A DNA stretch of 64,000 bases from Botryllus schlosseri (taxonomy: Eukaryota). The DNA is taken from NCBI GenBank assembly GCA_051294905.1, contig CM119372.1, positions 24,864,001 through 24,928,000 on the forward strand, written 5' to 3'. Shown one piece after another: positions 1 to 12,100 of the stretch. The notes beneath the pieces are model-generated. The model searched no databases, was not told the origin of the DNA, and worked only from the letters and a program-made list of their open reading frames with translations. Numbering within the stretch: the stretch's first letter is position 1; every line of letters starts with the position of its first letter. The position numbers and the translations under genes were made by a program.

Positions 1-166
1 TTGTCGGTGTGGAGGCGTATATTTTTATTACTCAAAAAAATCAACTCTCTCTAATCGACGCAAAGTCTCGAATTATCACAATTGATACTCGAATCGATCT
101 GCATAGTGCATATCTCATATTATATCTTATTATATTATTAATATTTCATTACCCAAACACATTTAG

Positions 167-3100
167 TTCTCAAGCAACCACAACAACAACACTGAAGAGG
201 CGAGGCCCCGACCGACACCAGCGGCAAGGCGTCTAGAGCCTGGGTCACCGCGGCACCCCGAAACGCCGCATTCAGCACCGCCCGTCCCAGTGAGGACCGG
301 CAAGGTCCCGCCTCCCGTGCCGGAGAAAACCATGTCGTTCAAAGACAGGCAGAAGCTTTTCGAAGGGCAGGCGTTTGCGAAACCGCAGTCCGATTCGAGC
401 GTGCGGAGGAAAAAGGTCAGCCTACTGAGCCAGCAGGATTTGGGGACGATAAAACGCGAAGAACGTGAGTCTCGAATTTTGAAACGTTTTTCAATCAACA
501 CTGTATTTGCCGTGATATCGGAGCTGTGCCCCATAAAATATTATTTCTGAACCTGGGATCCATGGGGAATTGGGGATGCAGTATGGGGTCTATCAGATGA
601 TTTTATTGTTTCTGAATCAGCTCATTAATGTCCGCTATGTCGGAGAATTAGTCCACTCAACATCGGCAGTAGTTGAAGTCAGACGTGCTCGTCTAGCTCA
701 ATAATTTGAGAAATTGATTGGTGGAATAATACATGACTTCACCATGTTAACAGATTTTTGACCTGGCCTATATGCAGGGTCGTAATGACTCTAGTCATTT
801 TATTTGAAATGAAAAATGACTCGACTTAAGTCAATTTGGGTATTGAATCGATCAAGTGATATGACTCACTCAAGTCTCGTATATCAGGACAGATAATTGA
901 CAGATAGACCCAGATACTGTCTTTCCTCTGTTGGTATAAACATGTTTAAGGTGATTAGAATCAGTATATTATAATTCCTAAGCCTTCGATATCATCCAAG
1001 GTAATCACAGAAATGAGTTGAACCAGACTTAAACTCGATACTGAACAGTAAACACTATGAATTGGACTGACTCGTGGCTCAAGTCTTAACAGTGTGACTC
1101 GGACTTAACCCGCTGCTCTCTGACTTGGACTCGGACTTGACTTGGTGGTAAAAATAACTCGACTTGACTCGAGTCAAAACTATAAAATTCAAAACTTATA
1201 ATTTTGTATTTCTCGTTTTGTAGAGTTGATGCGTACGAGCTACAAATTCTAGGACCCATTCAGTGCTCAATTTTCTACCTTGTGTTCATCCGCAGAACGT
1301 AAATTTGGCTCGCTGTCGAAAGAGGACATTCGAAAATCTCTCAACTTGGAAATCGACGGCGCCGACGACGTCGTTCACGATTTGGAAGAGATGTCAGCAC
1401 CCGTGCCTTCGCGTACGCCGACGCAGAAGAGCCCGTCCTACAGAACACCAGAAAGGCATAACCTGTGAGTGGATTCTCGGCGATATTTGCTACCAGGCTC
1501 TGGTGTCCTGTGTAGTAGTAATAGAATAAACTCTGCCGTCTTGTCAAAGTCGTTGACCGCGCAAAGACTAGTCGGTTTTGTTGACAGATCTGCGAAAGAA
1601 CGTCTCATACCGAGAGCCTCCGTCAAGTCTCCATCAGATGGCGACGCCATAAGATCGTTGGAAATGGACATGGACAAAACCAATAAGTTCTTCAACGACC
1701 CATCGCCTTTGTGAGTATTCCTCACTTCGAGGGCAGGATTTTTTTGATGATCTCAATTGCACATGAATACACCGTACCAGATCACTCACACATTTGCTCA
1801 GAGTGCGTGAAAATAGCCAATTCTCTCCATTGGTCCTTGCGAGCATTTCAATAATATGCTCGCTCCCGTACGATGTCTTATTATGGTCAAAGTAGTCAGC
1901 GTTTCTATTCTAGTCTAAGTAAATTTAGTAATGCCAATTTCTACTCAATTACAAGTCTAAGTAAAAATGGAGGTCTGAAATGTACAGGGGTAATGATTCC
2001 ACGAAGTAGATTTTGTTGAGCGGCCACATACTTTTAGCATTTACGCAACTTTCCAAATCTCTAGGTGCATTGTGACGATACTACTAGTGCAAAATTACTA
2101 ACAACACTAAAAATAGGTGCAATTTTCAAATGTATATTCAGTTACGGTAATAGGGGCAAGATTGGAAGTAGCAGTGCAAGTAGGTAGAACTTGAGTACTC
2201 CACCCTCCACCGCTAGTTATTTGCGATATCACTGTCTCTTTACTTTTACTTTGAAACCATGAAGGGACGTTTTGATTTTCAGCTCGCATGCAATCGACCC
2301 CGCAAAAGAATTGTCTCCAGCCGATCGAAGAGCCCATGACGCCATTGTGAGGCAGCAAAAGAGGCAGGAATTGTGAGTCTACGACACTTCTTTGCGATTT
2401 GGTTACTGTTTGACAAGTCTTGCCGAATAGCTCACGAAAAAAATTGATTCTTGATCATAAAAAATGTGTATGGCACGGCCGTTGATTTCGTAAAGCAATT
2501 TTGTAGAGCGGATGCCTCGTGATTTGCTGTGTGGTAAATATGTTGAAACGTGCAGTCAATACAATCAAGAAGTTGGGAAGGAGTCGAAATCGCTGGGAAT
2601 AGTCTTCCGACCTACCGATATTGAAGAAGAATGTGTAAATATGGGGCAGAAAACAGACTTTTACTTAGTATTACTTACTCAAGTGGTCATGATTCATGAT
2701 TTGAGATGACTTTCACTTCTACTTAAACAGTCGTTTAGGTGAAACTTCTAACTTTTCACACTTTGGATTGGGAAAAGAAGACAATAGTTTTTTAATGCGC
2801 TCGCATCACTAGAACTGTAGTAGAGTAGACTTGTCATGAGAATCCCGTGAAACAGCCCCCATATCACAGTAACTGAGTATAGCTTCGATTATTATTCCTC
2901 TTTCTAGTGTCATAAGTAATTCTGCGTTAGTCGCGAAGATGCATGTCGCATTTCCGATCAACTGCTTAAAGCATGCCAAATCTACTCCAAAACTACTCGA
3001 GTAATTATCGGGCCTTTGAATTTCTAATTTTCCTTGTAATTGAGTAGAAATTCATGTCATTGCTCCTACTTCTACTGGGGTAGCAGCTATGATTGCTTTA

Positions 3101-3233
3101 CTATGCCGATTTGACGATATCAATGTCCGCCAGGTTACGGTCGTTTGAAGACGACGCTCTGCAAGCACAGATGGTGATCACGAAGGAGAAAATGATTCAG
3201 AAACGACTTAGCGATCGAGGCTCGTACGGCTAA
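167..3233 (+). CDS. scrib: Scribble-like LAP polarity protein, last five coding exons (5' part upstream of window)
   Basis: Exons 167-464, 1296-1464, 1588-1710, 2283-2372 and 3134-3233 join in frame (all four donors GTGAGT) and end at TAA. The peptides MSFKDRQKLFE, KKVSLLSQQDLGTIKREEQRK, LSPADRRA and LRSFEDDALQAQMVI match, as recalled, the Scribble C-terminal motifs LSFRERQKYFE, KRVSLVGADDLRKMQEEE, LSPAELRA and MKSLEQDALRAQMVL. Confidence 0.85.
775..1185 (+). mobile_element. Truncated copy of the GACTCGAGTC/GACTT-rich hAT-type MITE (family A)
   Basis: Starts CAGGGTCGTAATGACTC and is collinear with the full copies at 16653 and 26192. The right terminus is missing. Confidence 0.75.
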
Positions 3234-4218
3234 AGGTTTAGCACGCCGCCAAAGCGGAACCCTGCCGTCTTGCCGAGAACGGTGCTGTCTTCGTCGCCAA
3301 GAGACCGACAATCTCGCCCGAGATTACGTGAATCGATCGCCTTACGTTTACTATGTTACGCAATTTGGTACCCGGTGCTCTTCTGTTTTCTTGTCTAGCT
3401 TTTCAATATTTCGGTGTTCTTATCGCGTGTTTTATCAAGAAAAAGAGTGCAAGCCGCGCTAGCTTTTGTTATGAAATGAAACGATGTCGAGCTCATGAAT
3501 TTACGCGAGGAATTTCAGTAGTACGTCATTTCCTTTGTGTATTGATTCGACGCCGTGTTCTTTTATTGTGTAAGTTGAACGCATCGTGTTGATGATTTTA
3601 TCTGGTTTTTAGTAACAACACCCGACGTTTTTTCGAACACGCGTGTATTCGCGCGCGTTCTTTTGCTAAACTTTCCGCCTTACCCAACTGATAACGCCAA
3701 CTATGAATTCTTCGTGATCAAGTGTACAAATATGAACGCAAGTATCACCGTACGAAAATGAAATCGTCTCGCTGCGATGCCATCACGCTAACTCAACTCA
3801 CGACGGTCTGTAGCCAGTCCGTAACCCCTTAACGCATTGTGAGCCTAACAGGTAAGTCACGCCCGTGCTATTTTAGATGATTTGAGCAAAGAATTTTATT
3901 AGTGTATCCCCCGTTACTAATGTACAATTCAATCTGTTACACTTTCAATTCATTTCATATACATGTAATCAAATTTGTTTACCTCTTCGTGGTAGGACTG
4001 TCACAGTTTTGTTTTCTTGTGTGTGTGTGTTTACCGTCTATTTCCTGTTGTTTTATGCTTCACGATTGCGGCAATGATGTATTTTTCAATGAACTGCACG
4101 CCCCTCGGATTTAAATGCCAAAGATCGTAGCGAAGCGTTTGGTTTTTTTCGTTCGGGGATAGGCAGATGTGCCGTAGTCTTGTGGTGTTGATTTTTTGAC
4201 GAATTGTGTACAAACTAG

Positions 4219-4528
4219 CAGAGGTGGTCTGTAGCAAAGTACTTGTCCGACTCAAGTAATTACAAGTTTACACTTTTACTTCACTGACTTGGAGTAAAAG
4301 CTGGATACTTTTCACACTTTGTATTTTCAAAAACAGAAGGCAGTTATTGGATATGACCTAGTCCAGGTGAAACATTTATCCCCGGTATCATGGTAACTCA
4401 ATATAATTTCAGAAGGAGCCAATTCGATTGACTACTGAAAATATGTGTAGTCTTCTGCTTGTAATCGAGTAGAATGTTATGTCATCACTTCTGCTTAGTA
4501 GAAATCTCAACTACTTAGATCACCTCTG
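4219..4528. mobile_element. Degenerate MITE with ACTT/AGTA subterminal motifs
   Basis: Imperfect TIRs CAGAGGTGGTCT...AGATCACCTCTG. Similar decayed sequence lies in scrib introns (about 1880-2210 and 2660-3080). No clear TSD. Confidence 0.5.
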
Positions 4529-5398
4529 CCAGCAAGTTCTAATGCTGTTTGGCAATGTTTTGTCATGCCGCATTTATACGATCATACCTTTGGATATGAA
4601 CCTGCCCAACGAAGTCTTTCTGGAGTGATGATGAATATTCCTTCTGTATTTTTTTGTTTTCTGGGGTGTTATGCGATACGGGCTGCCGCAAAGTCTTTTG
4701 GTTCCGACACATGCTGACAACCTATTATTCGACACCTTCCACTTATCGTGTAGTAGCAATTGTGTAGTTTGTTTTTGTCTCACTTGTCTTGATACTTGTT
4801 GCCAATCGGGACGATAATTTAGCCCCAAGTAAGAGTAGTTTTCAACTGCTTCACTGCACGGTCAATTTTTTATTTCTGAAAAAGTTTGCGTTTGAAGTCG
4901 ATCTGCTGAAGTTTTTGTTGTGATTGGACAATCAAGCTTTTATTGTTGTGTTCGTTCGACTGCGTGCTTCTAGAAATTGTTACTTCTGTTATTGGATGCC
5001 TATTAGCTATACCTTCTCACCGGACATGTTGAAAGGTATACTGTGCGTGCTCATGCTCACTTCTCAATCACCCAAGTGAATGTGTTAACTGAATAAATTT
5101 TACTACTTATAAGCCGGCACTCATACTCGCGTCTATGGAGGTGGGTATTTTCGCAGTTTTCCTACGATATAGTGGCGATCTTAGCAGTTGGTACTAACAG
5201 TTCAGGTCAACAGCTGTTAGTTACTGCGTAATTCCGTTCCACACCTATAGATGTAGGCGGGACTGTAAGTAGTCGGAGCTCATACAACGACATTCTCTTT
5301 AGGGGTAGGTGTATTCCCTTGATAGGTTGCGTAACGCTCGAATTCGAGGTTTACATAACTCGATAAGAGAGAGCGCGACGCATCCTTGCGTCACTACG

Positions 5399-5406
5399 TG
5401 ACGTCA
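5399..5406. promoter_or_regulatory. Palindromic CRE (TGACGTCA) in the presumed CLUH promoter region
   Basis: Perfect 8-mer in a CpG-rich stretch between the scrib 3' end (AATAAA near 5092) and the first identified CLUH exon. Function is inferred only. Confidence 0.3.
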
Positions 5407-6168
5407 TTTCATCTATCTTTATATTCTTGGTTCGAGAGCTTTGATGATGCAATAGCGCTGAGGACACGCGTAATGTAGGTGAATGCTCGTATTTCCGTTT
5501 GGCCGGTGCTTTAGAAGCAGCCTTGCGTGTGTGTGTCAATAATATCCAATATTGATCAATATGGTCAATACTATAGTTATGTTTTGTGTGATCGAACTAA
5601 CCATACTCTATTGCTGTACGCTACGGGTATACTAGTTTTCCCCATCGGCTTTATGCTGGCGTGGATCAAATGCCCCGAATTTTGATGCAAGATCGAGAGA
5701 CAGCAAACAGGTTGACGCAATAACTTATAACTTTATGTATGAGTGTTGTTCAAACACCGGTAACGGCTGAGTAAGCAGGCACGAACGCAGCAAGTCGCGG
5801 TGATAAATTTAGCAAAACTTGCTGAGTGCAATCGATCGTTCCGCGCCGCTGCGAAAGAGTGAGAGCAGTCACACGTGTTCTCAAGGTGACCGCGTGCCTT
5901 GGAGCCTGAATGTTTCTCTCAGCAGTATAGCTTATGCCCAGTATGTTTCTGGCTCACATTGTATTCGGATGTCCAGTGGCCATCAATCCCTCGATCATTT
6001 GCGTACTGTCTTCCCGACAAGTAACCAGGAGTGCATAGAACTTTTAGCGCAGGTGAAGGTAGATGCGTAATTTTCGCGTGGCAAAACGTAAACAATGTCT
6101 GCTTCAGCCTCGTATTGTGATGTGCAAACTTACAGTTCATTTATGCTAAGTTATGTCCGCGTCTATAG

Positions 6169-9100
6169 TTGCTGCTGTTGATTCTGTTGAGGATCTCGCG
6201 AAGCCTTCTGAAAACGCAGTAACGCCTGACGTCAAAGAAGAATCGGATGATTCCGCTGTTCACAGTGGTGACGATGTTGACGACATGGACAAGGCCATTG
6301 TAACCACTGTAGAAATGTAAGCATGTAGATGAGTTGCACGCGAGTAACTGTGATTTAGAGTGTGTAGTTCTGGTTCGCCAGCACCATACGCAAACTTTTA
6401 ATCTGACTGATAGGTATGGTACGGTATCCCAAGAAGGATTGGTAGTTCCCTTGTACTCTTGTAGCCTATTGTCTCTTTATAGTCACTTTCTGTATTGCAC
6501 ACAATAGCTATTTTCTTTCAACAACCCATCTAATAATTCCTCAACAGTACACCTGGCCTGGAAATACATGACTGTTTACTTAGACTAGACTGTATTTTGT
6601 GCAGTCTACTGTGAGTTGTAAATTGAGGTTATTATTTTGATGAATTAACTCCGTGATGTAAATTCTATATTGCAAGCTGAGTCGATCGAGTTTATAATGA
6701 GAACATATCTATAAGAAGTTTGACTGCCTTTGACTATATATGGCAATTGATCTCATTCAAAATTCCCTTGCATATAAGATGTGATTCGGTCACTGAATGT
6801 TAAACTTGAACTAAACTTTGGATGCAGTGTTGGACTGTTTGAAAAGGATAATATACTAGAAATTGCTGATGAATTCTTAATGCTTTGAAAAACCAGATCC
6901 AGACAACACTATAATGCTAATTATCACTATCGTGCGACTTTTATTGATCATTTTCATGATAGGCCTATATATATGACACTTGTGATATGGAAAAAATTAT
7001 CATTTGAAATGAAATCATGACAGTCTAATGTTTTTTATTATGGCTCTCATTATAGAGCTGACTGGCACATGTATTACCACTTGACTCCGAATTAATTGTA
7101 GTTCTGTTTTTTTTTTTCAGGTAATAAACAGAAACACAAAAACTAAACTTGACACTTCTTCCCATCGTTAAAGCTTGAGATTGGATTTATTACAGTAGGC
7201 CTACAGAAAACATGAAGTATTGATATGTACATGTTCATAGAAACGACCATTTTGTATAGCGGCATCATAACGAAGCACTATATAGTCTTAGCTGTGATTG
7301 ATGAATATATTCAAATGTTGAATAGTGTATTAGTGCATTCTGATGTTGTGAAAGGTACATGTTTGAACTTTGCAAATCATTGTTATACTGTAATATCACA
7401 ATTAATGTTCCTCGAATACGCGACAACACTCGATTTCCCCAGTCATTGCTATAGTTTCCAACCTCTGTTTCTAACGTTAATCCTTTGAGTTTAATTAAGT
7501 ATACATTCTTACTGAACTTTACAGACCGTCGGAAGGTGATGCAGACACCAAGAATGCAATGACTGAACCTGATGAAAATAAATCCATCAAAGTGAAAGAT
7601 GGAAATGAAATGATACTACTTCAGGACAGTCTTCTGTCGCTAACAGTTTCCCCTCCGAATGCAAAATCGTTCGAAGTTCAAGTAAGTATTCAATGTTCGA
7701 TTAGCAGCAGTAACTCGTTTAGGCAGTTCGGACATGTTTAACTTGTGTTATTACAATCGCTCATTTACATAATGAGAAGAACATAGGAGCTAGATACTAT
7801 ATGTTGACTTGACACCACTTTGTGTGATTGATGATCTTAACAAGTCATGTTGTGTTATGTATGCGTTGTTTTAGTTGGTGTAGGTGTAGAAATAATGACA
7901 TGACAAGCTCATCTGGGGAAGTAACGTTATCAGTAGTTCTCAAATTGAGTTCTTTAATCCCTTAGAGGTGATTCAGGTGAGAATTCCTGGGAGTAATAGG
8001 GGGGTGCAAAGTCTCACCAGGCCATTATATTCATTTTCTTGTGAAGTTGGATATTTGATTGATGAACACTGGTGCTAAGGCAGTAGGCTTCAATGTATTT
8101 TCACCTCACTAAATTTGGTCTTAATAGCAATATATTTGAACTATAATGCCTACGTGCACCTAGGCCCATCCAGCGATTCATTGTCTCATAAAAGTGATTA
8201 AAATGCGTCTCAAAACAAATTTTCACTTAACAAAATTAAGTATGCAAAATTTGGTTGTCTTGTGTCAAAACTCTTGAAGTATAAATAATATGCAGACAAG
8301 TAGGCCTACTATAGAAGAGTATATTTAGTCCGTTACTAATGTCCTCTGGATTTTGGTGGCGATAAGTGGGCAATGATCTACCTGAATATTTGAGAACTAC
8401 CAGTGCACATGATGGCATTTTCTTGAGTACCGTAATGTGATGTTGGGCAGCAAGTAAGAGATAGCGAAATGCGGCTTGAACCCTTCTGTACAGTTTTCTG
8501 AATTTGAAAATTCCTAGTAACATGAATGAACATGTCTTCAAGTCTTGATATTGCGATGCGATGTAGCTCGTAAATTAATTGAATGAAATTTGCCGCGTGT
8601 TGCTTACTAAAATAAATATTTGGTGGTTTCAAGGAATATTTGTAATGTCGGTACCTTGTTTGAACAAGTGTGCCGAACACCAAAAATGTAATACAGTTGT
8701 TTGATGACAGGATATGTTGCTTGATGTGGTGTTTTCGTCATCTCTCCCTTTCATATCAGTTTTTGAAAATTTCGGCCGCCTATCACATTTCCGTTTGAGA
8801 GTGTCGTGTGTAAAGCATAAAGAATCTGAAAATAGCATACCCTAACTATGATTGGGATGTAAATTTCACAGACCTCTTCCGCATATTCTCAGGTTTCCCA
8901 GCAAGAAATAGTGCAGGAGCTGCACCATCTTCTGATGGACCACGAAACCACGTGTCACCGAACTTGTTTCAGCTTGCAGCTGGATGGTGTGAAAATGGAC
9001 AATTTCACAGAATTGAAGAACATACCCGATTTGAAGTCAGGATGCGAAATTAAAGTTGTGGAAGGTCAGAACGCAACTTACCTAGATGATTGCTGATTTA

Positions 9101-12100
9101 GTCATTTTGTAATCTCTTACTGGATTTTTTAGTCGGATTTTGGATGTATGGCACGTCTGGATTTTTTAGTCGGAATTTGGGATGTATGGCACGGCATTTC
9201 CCAGTCATTTCGGAATGGCCTTTGTTGCTGGCACTGAGGACTGAGCGTCCAACTTTTTGAATATTTTCTAGGGCTTAACTGCACTTGTATTTTCATTGGA
9301 CATGAGCAGATAGTCTCACATATTGTGTGTCAATTAATTTACTGTTGAAATACTATCCTAACATCCTGGTATAGTAGTTATTTTATCTGGTAATTATCTT
9401 TCTGATGAGTGATTTGTAGTTACTCATAATCATTTGAAACGTGCCTGGCCCCATTTCATTATCCGTCTCCATCATTATAATAAAGGCAGGTGGTTTAATA
9501 ATTGATTAGTAGATTAGACTGCGGCGCCAGACTTGAGTTGGGAGCTAAGATACGAACCTGCGTTCTATCAACGATTTGACGTGATTCAATTGACTGTGCA
9601 GTCCATAAAATCATTTTCGTTTTATTTCCAACTCCATAACTTGGGATAGATTTCTCATTTGTCGTTAAACCAATCTTGATTAAGAGTGGATGGGCTTGTT
9701 TTCTGTAGACCTATGAATAGAGATGTCTGCTTTAAGTAACTTTACTTTTCACCAGGATTATTAAGATCATAAAATGAGTGTCTGTGCAAGAGACGTAACA
9801 TAGTTTCTCGAGTAAATTCTTATATAAAATTATAACATTTTTAGACCCTATTCCAAAATCCTACGGGTATTTAACCAATGCCTGGGATCTCTTTCTAGTA
9901 CCACGTGGTCAGTTTTCCAAGGCTCAATTTGGCTGACTACAGACATTTCAGGAAGTTGAAATCCCCAAGGGAAAGGATAATTGAAATTGCCACTCGTACA
10001 GTTCAATTGTTGTTATCAAACTACAAAATATATTGTGCAGTGCGCTTTTGGTGAACCAATATTCCATTATTACAATTATTCGCATTGTCGGAAACTAGGA
10101 TTACTGAATCACCAACTGTTGAATCTGAAATTCACATGAAAAGTCAAATCGAACTGAAAATGTTACTGAATAACAAAGTGAGAAGCAAGGGACATATATG
10201 GCCTGAATAGCCTGCCATTACTTGAAGTTACCGATACTCATAAATTAGGTTTAGCATCACATTCGCATAAATTTTGGAAGCAATAGGCCCCTCAACTTTA
10301 TCAACAGTCTGTCCTAAGCACACACTACTTTATGGGCAATTTTGCCTTCCTACCCTGCTCTGTTCTGGCCCCAACATTGGCCTGTTCGACCAAGAACCTT
10401 TTCTAGTTTCCGTGCTTCAGCTTTTCTGTTGTGTTTAATTGTATGAATGATCTGTGTTCAATTTTAGAGCCATACAGTTTGCGGGAATCTAAATTTCATT
10501 TACGGCATGTGAGGGAACTGTTGAATGCGTTGGATTTTGAAGAAGCTCACTTGGGAACGGAAGGCCACAGCCTTTCTTATATCAACCTGGTGACTGTTAC
10601 AGACGTCGGTGATGGTAAGTTAAGTTATCAGTTTATATCTAGAAGTGATAACTAGAAGATAGTGTAGTGTTGTTAGCGTACACTGATTCTGAGTCACATG
10701 CTTGTCTGTCTATGAAAGTCAATTTATACTAGTTATGCCTCTTGCTTGTAAAGCGACATTGATTACGGTGTGTGTGCAACTGTGCATGGTCTTGTAATCT
10801 ATTTAGCACAGCATTGACATGAGTGGAATAGGAAATAATCCTAAATAATTAGGTCAACGTATCAATTACTCAATCATTGTAGGGTTTATATAAAAGTTCC
10901 TTTCATTCAGATTTTTGTATGTCATATATAGCCTATATATACATCTACCATACTCGGCTGTTTTTTAGTATCTAATATTATTTCTATAAATATACTGTAG
11001 CCTATCTGTGATTTTCTGTAGTCTTTGGTTACTAAACCTAGTAGCATTTGGAAGCCAGTGGCTTTTCAAATCGACTGCAATCCATCAATTGCAATGCAGT
11101 TCAGTTTTTTCTTGGGACCATGACCCTGTCTTGGAATCCATGTATGTATTTTTAGCCGATTTTCATAGTAGTTGTTGTGCTCAAATTGCACCTGCATCTA
11201 CTTGTACCATTTCTGGTAGAAAAGTTGTACGCAGTAATCGTAGCTAGAAGGTAAACTTGACATTTTTGCCGATTGCTCTCCGCGGAATAGTTAATTTCAA
11301 CAACGAAATGATCCTGCCTAACATTTTCCGCTTTTAAAGTATTGTGAATCGGGATTAATATTTTCAGTCGTTGAATGTGATTTTCTTTCAAAATACAAAA
11401 CAAAGAACACTATCATTTCCCCAATGATCGTGGCAGAATGTCACATATGGGGCCATCTTTTTTTAGAAGCAGTAGCGAAGAGCGACTCCAATTCTTCCTC
11501 TCCCAAGTCTCCATCTTCTCCGACTCACAACTCTCGATCGAACAGCCCCAACAATAAAAAGAAGTCCGATCGAAACAAGTCCGACTCCGATGATGAAAAC
11601 AAACGGAATTTAAACAATAAGCTGTATCGTTACAAGACGTTGCTCTCGCAACTACCGAAACAGGTTGACCCGGTCATGTACAAGCCGCCTGATCACGCCA
11701 TGCCAGGAATACAAGATCCGTCTCTTACCCAGATGCACTTAGAAAACCCTGTGAAGGTATGGTTTTTTTCTGCATTCCACCGTGTCTTTTATCATGTCAA
11801 CAGTTGCCTGTCCAGTGTAGCCAATGTTGAATTGTAATTTTTCTCACACTTTATTATTCACAGTAAAATTTTGATCCAAGGGCATCCATGGTCATCTAAA
11901 GGGATATCATTATAGTCTATATACATATTTATTTGTATAAATTGCCTTGGTGCAATAAATATTTAATTCTCCGAAAAACATAGAATAAGTGGACGATAGG
12001 TTAATCCTCGCCTGTTTTACATTGATTGATGAATCGATATTGCATTAGGTGAAACCTTGCCTGAAAGTAATGACCCTGAGCATGTGGAACCCGCCTCCTC

